DNA of 64,000 nt from NCBI RefSeq assembly GCF_018350175.1, contig NC_058368.1, positions 85,562,001-85,626,000 of the forward strand, given 5' to 3'. A model generated the notes under the pieces. The model was not told the DNA's origin. It made no database searches and worked only from the letters and a program-made list of their open reading frames with translations. Shown in pieces: positions 39,365 to 52,027 of this stretch. A program made the translations under genes and the position numbers. Numbering within the stretch: the first letter of the stretch is position 1; each line of letters opens with the position of its first letter. The DNA comes from Felis catus (lineage: Eukaryota).

Positions 39365-42300
39365 GAGGAAGGGGGCAACATGGCAGAGAACTAGGGGGAT
39401 CTGTACTTCCTGCATCTCCCAAACAAAGAAGGGCTGAAGCCAAAGGACTTTGAAACCCAAAAGCTGGGAGGAAAAGACTGAGTCTATCAGGGAGAAAGAA
39501 GACAACGTGAGAGACCATAGGTGGATGATTGCAAACTGGGGGAGATAAAATGGGCCATGTAGACATGGAGGGGAGGGACCCCCTTATACTGAGAGACAAA
39601 GGGAAGGGAATGAGTGGCTGGGGAAATGTAGGACTGTATCTGGACAAGAGAAAAAACCTTGGACTTGGACAGAGAGGGGTCCCATCTCTAACTGCAGGTT
39701 AGAGGATCTCTAACTACAGAACCTATCTTAGGACTGGGGCTGGCTGCCCTGTTCATACACATGGGGAAGAGGTGAGCCACCTCTGGGTTCAGTGATGGAT
39801 CAGGAGCCCATCCGCAGCAGGAGAAACTGGTCCCCTCCTGTGAAGTGCTGCAGCACAGGACAAAACCAGCTGGGACCTCGTACTGGGAGATGCTTCCCCA
39901 GTACCCGGCCACATGGAGCAGAAGTTTAATTCCCAACCAAGCCCCCAGGGCAAAGGAGTCTGAGGATGAGACAGATAGTCTCCTCTGTGCCTGCAGCACA
40001 GTGAAGATGTCTCCAAAGGAGTTATTTGGGACACCGGGTTGTGGAGAAGAGACGGAGATCACCATTTTTCCTCCCACCACCACCAAGGTGGGACCTCATG
40101 ACCCAGTCTGCAGAGCCCACAGTGGAGGCTGAACCAGCCTGCACCAAACCATGGCCCTCCATGCTGGGTAAGTGCATATCTACTGAAGCAAGATAGAGGA
40201 TATGGAACTAGATGGCTCCATCCTACAGGCCAACACTGCAGCATTTCCTGGATTACTTCTAGGACAATTCTTGATACATAGATATATTCTTGCCGCCCAC
40301 CCCCCACCATTTTCCCTTTTTCTCTTTTCCCTCCTCTAAGCTGGTTACTCTGGTTATTGGTTTGTTTAAACAGACATCTTAAATCCATTCTCTTGATACA
40401 TGTTCTATACCTCTTTCTTTACATTCTTCTCTCTCTCTCTGGAATAATCAAGTCATAGAATTTCTCTGTCTGCATAACTTTATCTTCATTTCTTTTTTAC
40501 CACTTTCTTCCTTATTTTCCTTTCTATCTCTCTGGATTAAGCCTTTTAATATCTCTGTCTCCTCAATGTGTATGTTTATTTTTTATTTTTCCCCACCCCT
40601 GTCATTTCTTTCTTTGTATGTGCTCTTCCATCAGCACCACCTCCACTTGTTCTTTAATTGTAGCTGGTGTTTCTGGTTTTTTGCTTGTTTGTTTGTTTGT
40701 TTTGTTTTTTGTTTTTGTATTGTTTTCAGATTTTTGTTTTTTTGTTTTTGTTTGCTTGTTTGTTTTATTTTTTTGTGTTTTTGCATATTTTTTGTTTCTC
40801 ATTTGTCTTCTGTTTCTTTTCCTTTCCAAGGCTATTTCAAGAAACAAATCAAAACACACCTGCTGGAGGGTCTAAAACATCACTAAGAGTATGGAAATAA
40901 AGTAACCAAAATCACAACAAGTGAGAGAAAGTAACACTCTCCAAAAAACACCTCCTGAAGGGCCAAGCCCTAGACCGTGTAAAACCCCCCTTTAATATAG
41001 TAGTGCTCGCAGGTGCAGAGAAAATTACAAGTTTTAAAACTCATAAGGAACAGAAAAGTAGCCAAAATGATGAAATAGAAGAAGTCTTCTCAAAAGAAAT
41101 TCCAGGAAGAGTTGACAGCTAAAGAATTTATCATAACAGATTGAAGCAACTTAACTGAACAAGAATTTAGAATAGTAGTCATAAAATTAATCGTTTATCT
41201 TGAGAAAAGCATAGAAGACAACATAGAATCTATTGCTACAGAAATCAAGGTACGAAAAATAGTCATGATGAATTAAAAAATACTATAAATGACGTGCAAA
41301 ATTCAATGGAGGTGGCCACAGCGCAGATTGAAGAGGTAGAGGGGAGAATAGGTGAATTAGAAGATAAAATTATGGAAAAAGAGGAAGCTGAAAAAAAGTG
41401 AGATAAAAAAAAATACAGGATCACAAGGGGAGAATTAGAGAACTAAGTGATTAAATGAAATGTAATAATATCTGTATCATAGGGATTCCATGGAAGAAGA
41501 GAGAGAGAAAGGTGTGAAGGTGTACCTGAACAAATCAGAGCTGAGAACTTCCCCATTCTGGGGAAGGAAACAGGCATTAAAATCCAATAGGCACAGAAAC
41601 CCCCTTCAGACGTTACTTGTCTCAATCTTCTACATGACATTTCATAGTGAAACTAGCAAAATACAAGGATAAAGAGAGAATTCTGAAAGCAGCTAGGAAT
41701 AAATGTGCCCTAAAATACAAAGGTAGATAAATAAATGTGGTAGCAGACCTATCTACTGAAACTTGACAGGCCAGAAAGGAATGGCAGCATATCTTCAATG
41801 TGATGAACAGGAAAAATATACAGCCAAGAATCCTTTATCTTGCAAGCAAGTCATTCAGAATAGAAGGAGAGATAAAGGTCTTCCCAAACAAACAAAAACT
41901 GAAGGAATTCATCACCGCTAAACCAGCCCTACAAAAGATCCTAAGGGGGATCCTGTGAGAGAGAGTACCAGAGACATTGCTACAAACATGAAACCTACGG
42001 ACATCACAATGACTCTAAACCCATATCTTTCCATAATAACACTGAATGTAAATGGACTAAATGCTACAATCAAAAGACATAAGGTATCAGAATGGATAAA
42101 AAAACAAGACCCATCTATTTGTTGTCTACAAGATTCTCACCTTAGACCTGAGGACACCTTCAGATTGAAAGTGAGGGGATGGAGAATTATCTATCATGCT
42201 ACTGGAAGTCAAAAGAATGATGGAGTAGCCATAGTTATATCAGACAAACTAGACTTTAAAGACTGTAACAAGAGATGAAGAAGGGCGTTATATAATAATT

Positions 42301-43048
42301 ACAGGGTCTATCCATCAGGAAGAGCTAACAATTTTAAATGTCTATGCACCAAATTGGAAGTGCACAAATATATAAAAACAATCACACACATAAGCAATCT
42401 TTTTGATAAGAAAGTGATAATTCCAGGGAACTATAATACTCCACTTACAACAATGGACAGATAATACAGAGAATCAATAAAGAAACACTGGCCCTGAAGG
42501 ATACATTGATCCAGATGGACTTGACAGATATATTTAGAACTCTACATGCAGAAGCAGCAGAATATACTTTCTTTATGGGTGCACATAGAATAGTCTCCAA
42601 GATAGATCACATACTGGGTCACAAAACAGCAGCCCTCAATAAATATAAGAAAATTGAGATCATACCGTACACTTTCAGATCACAATGCTAACACAGGAAA
42701 AAGTCTGGAAAACCCAAAAGCACCGACGTTAAGTAACATCCTACTAAAGAAAGAATGAATCAACCAGGCAATTAAAGAAGAAATTTAAAAAAATGGAATC
42801 AAATGAAAATGAAAATGAAAATATAATAATGCAAACCCTTTGGGATGAGGCAAAAACGGTCCCAGAGGAAAATACATTGCAATCCACACCTATCTGAAGA
42901 AAGAAGAAAAATCCACATGCAAAATCTAAAAGCACACCTAACGGAACTAGAATCACAACAGCAAAGACACCCCAAACCCAGCATAAGAAGAGACATAATA
43001 AAGATCAGAACAGAAAAAAAAATACGTATATATATATATATATGTATG

Positions 43049-43091
<43 letters not shown>

Positions 43092-46064
43092 AAAAACAGA
43101 AGAACAGATCAATGAAATTGATTTGAAAAAATCAATGACATTTTTGAAAAATGAAACAAAATTGGTAATCCTATAGCCAGGCTTCTTGAAAAGAAAAAAG
43201 AGAGGACCAAACAGATAAAATTATGAATGAAAATTGATTTATTACAACCGATCCTTCAGAATTACAAGCAATTATCAGGGAATACTACAAAAAATTATAT
43301 GTAAACAAACTGGACAACCTGGAACAAATAGAAAAATTCCTAAGCAAATACAGTGCCAAAACTCAAAAGGAAAGAAATGGAAAATTTGAATATACCCATA
43401 TCTAGTGAGGAAATAGAATCAGTTATCAAAAGTCTCCCAACAAATAAGGGTTCTGTGCCAGTTGGCTTCCCAGGGAAATTCTAACAGACAATCAAAGCAC
43501 AGTGAATACCTATTCTTCTCAAGCTGTTACAAAATACAGAAATAGAAGGAAAATTTTTGAACTCATTCTACAAAGCCAGCATTACTTTGATTTCCAAACC
43601 AGACAGAGACCTAGTAAAAAAGGAAAAATACAGGCAAATATCCCTGATGAACATGGATTCATAAATTCTCAACAAAATACTAGCAAATCAAATTCAATAC
43701 CATATAAAAATAATTATTCACCATGATCAAGTTGAATTCATTCCTGGGCTGCAGACCTGGTTCATTGTTCACAAATCAATCATTGTGATACATAACATTA
43801 ATAAAAGAAAGTATAAGAACCATATGATCCTGTCAATATATGCAGAAAAAAAATGACAAAATACAGCATCCATTCTTAATAAAAACCCTTGAGAAAGTCG
43901 AGATAGAAGGAACATACCTAAACATCATAAAAGACAGTTATGAAAAGCCCACAGCTAATATCATCCTCAATGGGGAAAAACTGAGAGCTTTCCCCCTCAG
44001 ATCAGGAACACGACAGGGATTTCCACTCTCACCATTGTTTAACACAGTGTTGGAAGTCCTAGCATCAGAAAATCAGACAACAAAATGAAATAAAAGGCAT
44101 CAAAATTGGCAAAGAAGTCATACTTTCACTTTTCACAGACAACATGACACTCTACATGGAAAACCTGAAAGACTCCAGCAAAAGACTGCCAGAACTGTTA
44201 CATGAATTCAGCAAAGTCACAGGGTATAAAATAAATGTACCAAAATCGGGTGCATTTTTATACACCAATAATGAGGCAATAGAAAGGCAAATAAAGAAAC
44301 TGATCCCATTTCCAATTGCACCAAGATACATCAGATACCTAGGAATAAACCTACCCAAATATGTAAAGGACCTGTATACTGAAAACTATAGAAAACTTAT
44401 GAAGGAAATTGAAGAAGACACAAAGAAATGGAAAAAACATTCCATGCTCATGGATTGGAAGAATAAATATTATTAAAAAGTCAATACTACCCAAAGCAGC
44501 CTACACATTTAATGCAATCCCAATGAAATTGCACTGGCAATCTTCTCAAAGTGAGAACAAGCAATCCTAAAATTTGCATGGAACCACAAAAGACCCCGAG
44601 TAACCAAAGTAATATTGAAGAAATAATCCAAAATGGTAGGCATCACAATCCCAGACTTTAGTCTACTACAAACCTGCAGTCATCAAGAGAGTATGGTATT
44701 GGCACATAAACTGACACATAGGCCAATGGAATAGAATAGAGAACCCAAATTGAACCCATAAATATATGGCCATGTAATCTTTGATAAAGCAGGAAAGAAA
44801 ATCCAATGCAAAAAAGACAGTCTCTTTAACAAATGGTGCTGGGAGAACTGTAAAACAACATGCAGAAGAATTAAACTAGACCACTTTCTTACAACATACA
44901 TAAAAATAAATTCAAAATGGATGAAAGACAAGAATGTTAGACAGGAAACCATCATAACTCTAGAGGAGAAAGCAGGAAAAAACCTCTTTGACCTGAATTG
45001 CAGAAATTTAAACGCAAAAATGAGCTATTGGGACCTCATCAAGATAAAAGCTTCTGCACTGCAAAGGAAACAACCAACAAAACTAAAAGGCAACCAACGG
45101 AATGGGAAAAGATATTTGCAAATGACATATTGGATAAAGGACTAGTATCCAAAACGTATAAAGAACTCACCAAACTCCACACCTGAAAAACAAATAATCC
45201 AGTGAAAAAATGGGTAGAAGACATGAATAGACACTTTTCCAAAGAAGACATCCAGATGGCCAACAGGCACATGAAAAAATGCTCAACGTCGCTCCTTATC
45301 AGGGAAATACAAATTAAAGTCACACTGAGATATCACTTCACACTCATCAGAGTGGCTAAAATAAACAAATCAGAAGACTATAGATCCTGGTGAGGATGTG
45401 GAAAAACAGGGACCTTCTTGCACTGTTGGTGGGAATGCAAACTGGTGTAGCCTCTCTGGAAAACGGTGTAGAGGGTCCTGAAAAAATAAAAATAGAACTA
45501 CCCTGTGACCCAGCAGTAGGACTGATGGGAATTTACCCAAGGGATACAGGAGTGGTGATGCATAAGGGCATAAGTAAAATGTATATAGTAGTGCTTTTAA
45601 CAATAGCCAAATTATGGAAAGAACCTCAATGTCCATCAACAGATGAATGGATAAAATAGATGTGATTTCTATATACAATGAAATACTACTTGGCAATGAG
45701 AAAGAATGAAATCCTGGCATTAGCAGCAATGTGGACAGAACTGGAGGGTATTATGCTAAGTGAAATAAGTCAATCAAAGAAAGACAGATACCAGATGTTT
45801 TTACTCATATGTGAATCTTGAGACAACTTAACAGAAGACCATGTGGGTAGGGTCGGGGGGGGTGGGGAATAGTTACAAACAGATAGGTGGGGAGGCAAAT
45901 CAGAAGAGACTTTCAAATACAGAGAGAAAACTGAGGGTTGATGGGTGGTGGAGAGGCGAGAATGGGTGATGGACATTGAGGAGGGCACTTGTTGGGATGA
46001 GCACTGGGTATGACTGGGTATGTCAAACCAATTTGACAATAACTTATATTAAATAAAAACAAAA
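39365..46064 (+). mobile_element. Full-length degenerate felid L1
   Basis: 1.7-kb 5'UTR, ORF1 ATG 41067, ORF2 ATG 42009 to ~45821 with many stops, 3'UTR, A-rich tail; (TA)n at 43026-43088. Confidence 0.95.
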
Positions 46065-46400
46065 GAGAAAAATATATATTTTACTATTTTAGTTGGTATA
46101 TACTGTACATGTGTGTTACATCCATTTGCACTGCTGTTAAAATCCAGTTTCCTTACTGATAACCTGTCTGGATGCTCTACCTTTGGTTAAAATGGTTTAT
46201 TAAAGTCCCTGGATTAGTTTTATTGTTCTATGTCTCCATTTTTTTTTCTTTTAGTATTTCCTTTATCTATTTTGGTACGTTTATGTTGGGTGTATAATTA
46301 CAATCGTTATGTCTTTTGATTGGATTTACCATTTTGTTACCATATAAAACCCTCCTTTTACTCATTTTGAAATTTTTATTTAGGCTTCTTCTTTTTCTTG

Positions 46401-47480
46401 TCTGGTTCCATACAAATTTTAGGATTATTTGCTCTAGGTCTGTGAAGAATGCTGGTGTTACTTTGATAGGGATTGCATTGAACATGTAGATTGCTTTGGG
46501 TAGTATCAACATTTTAACAATATTTTTTCTTCCTATCCAGAAGCATGGAATCTTTTTGCATTTTTTTGTGTCTTCATCCATTTCTTTCATAAGCTTTCTA
46601 TAGTTTCAGTGTATAGATTTTTCACCTCTTTGTTTAGATGTATTCCTAGGTATTTTATGGTTTTTGGTGCAACTGTAAATGGGCTTGATTCCTTGATTTC
46701 TCTTTCTGTCACTTCATTGTTGGTGTATAGGAATGCAACCGATTTCTGTGCATTGATTTTATATCCTGCAACTTTGTTGAATTCATGAATCGGTTCTAGC
46801 ACTTTTTTGGTGGAATCTTTTGGGTTTTCCATATATAGTATCACATCATCTGCAAAGAGTGAAAGTTTGACCTCCTCCTGGCCGATTTCGATGCCTTTTA
46901 TTTCTTTGTGTTGTCTGATTGAAGAGACTAAGACTTCCAATACTATTGAATAACAGTGGCAAGAGTGGACATTTCTGTCTTGTTCCTGACTGTAGGGGGG
47001 AAGATCTCAGAGTTTCCCCTTTGAGGATATTAGCGTAGCGTAGTTCATATATGGCTTTTATGATCTTGAGATATGATCCTTCTATCCCTACTTTCTTGAG
47101 GGTTTTTATCAAGAAAGGATGCTGTATTTTGTCAAATGCTTTATCTGTGTCTATTGAGAGGATCATATGGTTCTTGACACCTATTCTCTTGAAGGTGTTC
47201 CAAAAAATAGAAATGGAAGGAAAACTTCCAAACTCTTTCTATGAAGCCAGCATTACTTTGATTTCAAAACCAGAGACCCCACTGAAAAGGAGAACTATAG
47301 ACCAATTTCCCTGATGAACATGTATGCAAAAATCCTCAACAAGGTATTAGCCAACTGGATCCAACAATACATTAAAAAGTTATTCACCATGTCCAAGTGG
47401 TTGGACCAACCAACCAAAGGCTAGTTCAATATCCACAAAAAATTAACGTGATTCATCACATCAATAAAAGAAAGCACAAG
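46401..47480 (-). mobile_element. 5'-inverted internal L1 ORF2 fragment
   Basis: 46401-47176 antisense and 47177-47480 sense; the two pieces are adjacent in the intact L1 sequence at 58310-59400. Confidence 0.9.
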
Positions 47481-48703
47481 ATACCTTTCTACATTTTCAA
47501 TATATCATCCAATTCCATCCTGGCCTGAAAAATTTTATTGTATAACAATAATAGCTTTTTGGAGGTTACATATAGCATGTTTTTTTTCTTGCTGCTTTCA
47601 AAATTTTCTGTTTTGACCTTTGATAATTTAATTATAATTTGCTTAGGTATATTCGTGTGTGTGTGTGTGTGCGTGTGTGTGTGTGCGCCTGTGTGTATTT
47701 CTTTTTTAAGTTCAACCTATTGGCTATCCTTTGAGTCTCAAAAATGTGGATGTACTGTTCTCTTCTGATATTTTGGTATATTTCAGCCATTATTGCTTTT
47801 CCCCCATCATTGCTTTACTTATAAATTTTATACCACAATTCTCTTCTTTTTCTGATATTTTAATAACATGTGTAGCTTCTTTTCTTGGTTTTCCATAAGT
47901 CCTATAGGCTTTCATTATTATTTTCAATTATTTTTCTTTTTGCTGGATAATTTCAAATGCCCCATCTGTAGTTAATCACTTCTTTCTTCTACTTGGTTGA
48001 TTACATTATTGAAGATCTCTATAGATTTTTTCTTTGTATTCATTGTATTTTCTTTGTTTTCATTGTATTTTCAGCTCTATTATCTCTACATTCCTGTGGC
48101 ATTTTTTATTGTTGTTTATTTCTGTGTTGAACATCTTGTTTTGCTCATGAATTGTTTTCCTAATTTCTTTTAGTTTTCCATTTGTGTATTCATGTAGTTC
48201 ACTCACTTCCTTAAGATAACTATTCTTAAGTTTTCATCTGATAGTTCGTATATCCCCATTTCTTTGAGTCAGTTATTGGAACTTTATTAGTTTCCTTTGA
48301 TGATGTCATATGTATCTGATTTTTCATGATCCTTACTTTCTTTCATTGATATCTTTGTATTTGAGTAATCAGGTTCTTCTTTCAGATTTTACAGGTTTGT
48401 TTTGGTAGAGACAATTCTTCACCAATCAGCTCAGCTTGGGTTTCTGAACTTGTCTGTTGGTAATGAATTTGGGCAGATGGTGCCCGCTATTATGGTCTAT
48501 TTTAGGGTGAGACATCTGTTCAAGCTTGAAGGTCAGTGATAGGGGTATGCCAATTGCTTAGATCATTTGAAAAGGACTGCTGGCTTCATTCTGTATCAGA
48601 GTTAGGCTGTAGGATGGGCTCCATGGTTGCTGGGATTCTCTTACTAGATATATCCATGCTTACCATAGGCTGGGACTAGTTACTCTATTTAATACCCAGA
48701 GTT

Positions 48704-48762
48704 TTATTATTATTATTATTATTAATCATTTATTATTATTATTAATTATTATTATTATTATA
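48704..48762. repeat. (ATT)n microsatellite
   Basis: Direct tandem repeat. Confidence 0.9.
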
Positions 48763-49015
48763 TATGGAAGGATGCAAATCATGTTGGAACGTGCACTTAA
48801 TTTTCTTTTAAGTTGAGTCTACTTGTTTTGCTTTGCATATTGGAAGAACCACTGGTTGCCATCTCTGCTATAAGTAGGGTTTTAGGTTGTCTGGGTAGTT
48901 TCCCATGCACTCTATTACACGGGCTATACGTCTTTCACTTCCTTGGATGTTCATAGGGATTTTATTTATTCTTGTACAATTGTAAATGGCATTGTTATCT
49001 TAATTTCTATTTCTG

Positions 49016-49225
49016 GGGGGCCTGGGTGGCTCAGTCGGTTGTGTGTCTGACTTCGGCTCAGGTCATGATCTCGCGGTTTGTGAGTTCGAGCCCAAAATTG
49101 GGTTCTGTGCTGATATCTCAGAGCTTGGACCCTGCTTCAGATTCTGTATCTCTCTCCCTCTGCCCCTCCCCTGCTTGTGCTCTGTCTGTCTTTGTCTCTC
49201 AAAAATGAATAAATGTAAAAAAAGG
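49016..49225 (+). mobile_element. Can-SINE inside a short antisense L1 ORF2 piece (~48925-49250)
   Basis: TSD AATTTCTATTTCTG at 49002-49015 and 49226-49239. Confidence 0.95.
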
Positions 49226-49269
49226 AATTTCTATTTCTGCTACATGTTCTAGATGTGTCTGTTTAGGAT

Positions 49270-49425
49270 AGGAAAAACAAAGTAATAATAAAATGTTGGG
49301 ATCTCACCAAAATAAAAAGTTTTGCACAAGAAACCACCAACAAAACAAAAAAATAACCTACTAGATGGGAGAATATATTTACAAATAATATATCCAGTAA
49401 GGGTTTAATATCCAAAATGTATAAT
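49270..49425 (+). mobile_element. Short L1 ORF2 fragment
   Basis: CAAAATAAAAAGTTTTGCACA...AAGGGTTTAATATCCAAAAT. Confidence 0.75.
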
Positions 49426-49429
49426 ATTT

Positions 49430-51765
49430 TAATTCTTTCCTCTTTGTTTTTTTTTTTTTTTGTATATTTGTTACTTTTTAAAATTGTCTTCATTACCATT
49501 AGGTTTGGATATACTATCTTCTGCATATAGCAGTCTATATTAAGTTGGTGGTTGCTAAAATTTGAACCCATTCTTTACCACTCCCCCCCCAACATTTTAG
49601 GTGTATAGTGTTATATTTTACATTCTTTTATTTTGTGAGGGCTTTGAGTGATTTTTTTTACTGCCTTTGTGCTTCTTTTGTTACTCTTACTTATTGTCTT
49701 TCCACAAAGTGTTTCCTTTAACCTTTTTGGTAGAAGTAGTTTAGTGGTTGTGAATTCCTTTAAATTTTTGTCTGGGAAACTGTGTCTTTCCTTCTATTCT
49801 GACTCATAGATTTACTGTATATTTTTGGCTACAGATGTTTTCCTTTTAGCATTTTGAAAATATCATGCCACTCCCTTCCTGCCTACAAAGATCCTGCTGA
49901 AAAATCCATGGATAACCTTCTGGGGTTTGCCTGGTATGAAACTATTTCCCTGGATGCTTTTAAAATTTTGTTTATCACCACTTTTTGCCGTTTGGATTGC
50001 TATGTTTCTTGGTGTGGACCTCCTTGGGTTGAATTTGTTAGGGGCTTTCTGTGCATCCTGTATCTGAATTTCTGTTTCCTTCATCATATTTGGCATGTTT
50101 TCAGCTGTTGTTTCTTATAAATTTTCTGCCCCCTCTTCTCTCTCTTTATGAGATTCTTAAAATGTGAATGTTATTATGCTTGATGCTGTGCACTTAGTTC
50201 CCTATATCTACTGCTATTCTTCCCAATTCTTTTCTTGTCACCTGCTGAGCTTGATAATTTTACATTACTCTGTCTACCAGATTGCTGATACATTCTTCTG
50301 CATCTGCTCCCTCTACCTTACTAGTTATTCTATTTAGCATATTTTTAATTTCATTCATTGTGTTCTTCATCACTGGTGGATTCTTTTCTATATCATTTAA
50401 ATCTCATTGTTGAGGGTCTCACTGATGTATTCTACTCCTTTCTCAAGTCCAATGACTTGACCATGGTCCAATAGTCCAATGACCATTACTTTCGTGGCTC
50501 TATTAGACATATTACTTATCTCCATTTTGCTTAGTTATTTTGGAATAATTTTGTCCTGTTCTTTCATTTGGGACATATTCCTCTGTCTCATTTTGTCTAA
50601 TTCTTTGTGTCTCTTTCTGTATGGTAGGAAAGTCTGCTGTGCCCCCTGATGATGAAGGTCATGGCCTTATGAAAAATATGTCCTGTAGGGCTCTGTAGTG
50701 AAGTACCCCCTGTTCAACAAAACCTGGTGATTAAGGGGTGTGTCCTATGTGTGTTGCTTGCACACTATTGACTGCAGATCACTTTTTTCATGTTTTCATT
50801 TGGGAAGACTACTTTGATAGGTGGGACTGACAATTAGACACACTGTCCCCAGCCCACTGCTGCAGCTGCAGTCAGATTTGTGTATGTGGTTACTTTCCCC
50901 TACCTTTTGTTCAGGAGTCACTTTGGAGTTGTCTGGATCCTGGCAGTGCTGCTTGCACACTGCCAGGCATGTGGCACCAACCTAGATGGGGTCTGGCCAA
51001 GAGTGTATTGGAAGGGGTGGATCTGCAATGTGTGTAGTGGGTGGGAGCAACAGTCTTAGCAAATTAGGCAGTGAGTGCTAGTGTTGCACTGGTTCAAGAA
51101 GACGTGGTTATTCTGGAGGGCAGGGGAGGGAAACAGTGTTTGCCAGCTACTTTGTTCCTGGAGAAGTATGCAATGGACCTCTTCCTTCCAGGACACCTCT
51201 GAGATCAGTAAACTACTCTGCCTCCCATATGCTCCAGGTATTTTTTCAAACTACTGCTTCCAATCTCTACCTCCTTGGGCTGTGTGTGTGTGTGTGTGTG
51301 TGTGTGTGTCTTTTTAAGGGTAGGGACTCAGTTTCTTCTCACCCTCTCCACTCTCCCAAAGTCAAGTGCACTGACTTTTTAAACCTTCATGCTTTAAGTT
51401 TCATTGGTTGTAAGAATTCATGAAATTCAGCCCCTCTAGTTTTAAAAGCCAAAAGTTATGGGAATTCATTACTCCCCACCCCTGCACACTTCCCAATGTG
51501 AGGATCTGTCTATCCCTTCTATGTGCCTGTGCCATCCCTCCATCCCATGGACAGTCCCATGGGACCATACATTTAGCTCCCAACCACATCTCTTTCCTTT
51601 CTACCCTATTCAATGTGGCATCTTCTCTACATTTATTTGTGGAGATTGTTCTGCCACTCATTGCATCATTTTCTAGGTTATTTACACTAATGTGAGTGTT
51701 AGCTAGTTGTACACATGTGAACAGGTGAACTCAGGGTCTTCCTTCTCCATCATCTTCTCCAGAAG
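49430..51765 (-). mobile_element. L1 5' half (5'UTR and ORF1 remnant)
   Basis: ORF1 peptide IQIQDAQKAPNKFNPRRSTPRNI; 5' end ...CCATCATCTTC; (GT)n at 51281-51308. Confidence 0.85.
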
Positions 51766-51837
51766 CCCTTCTAATGATCTTTTGAACTGATGGCTAAGGC
51801 TTTTATTAAATATTTTTACCTTAAAAAACGATTTTTC

Positions 51838-52027
51838 AGGTGCCTGTGTGGCTTATTCAGTTAAGATTCTGACTCTTGATTTCAGGTCAGGTCATGATAT
51901 CACAGTCATGAGATGGGGCCCTGTGTTAGGCTCTTCACTGGGTGTGGAGCTTGCTTAATATTCTCTCTACCTTTCCCCAAGCCCTTCCCCTGCTCATGCT
52001 CTCTGATTCTCAAAAAACAAACAAAAA
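51838..52027 (+). mobile_element. Older Can-SINE
   Basis: GGTGCCTGTGTGGCT...CAGGTCATGAT. Confidence 0.85.

Larger units (their letters stand above)
31935..48690 (-). mobile_element. Old L1 host element in collinear pieces (31935-35002, 37236-37559, 46065-46390, 47482-48690)
   Basis: Pieces run in order ORF2 3' end, EN, ORF1, 5'UTR and mostly resume across each insertion. Confidence 0.75.

Noticed and set aside
40566..40900. Hydrophobic membrane-protein-like ORFs (also 957-1361 and 38719-38985)
   Set aside because: Translations of low-complexity T-rich or microsatellite DNA
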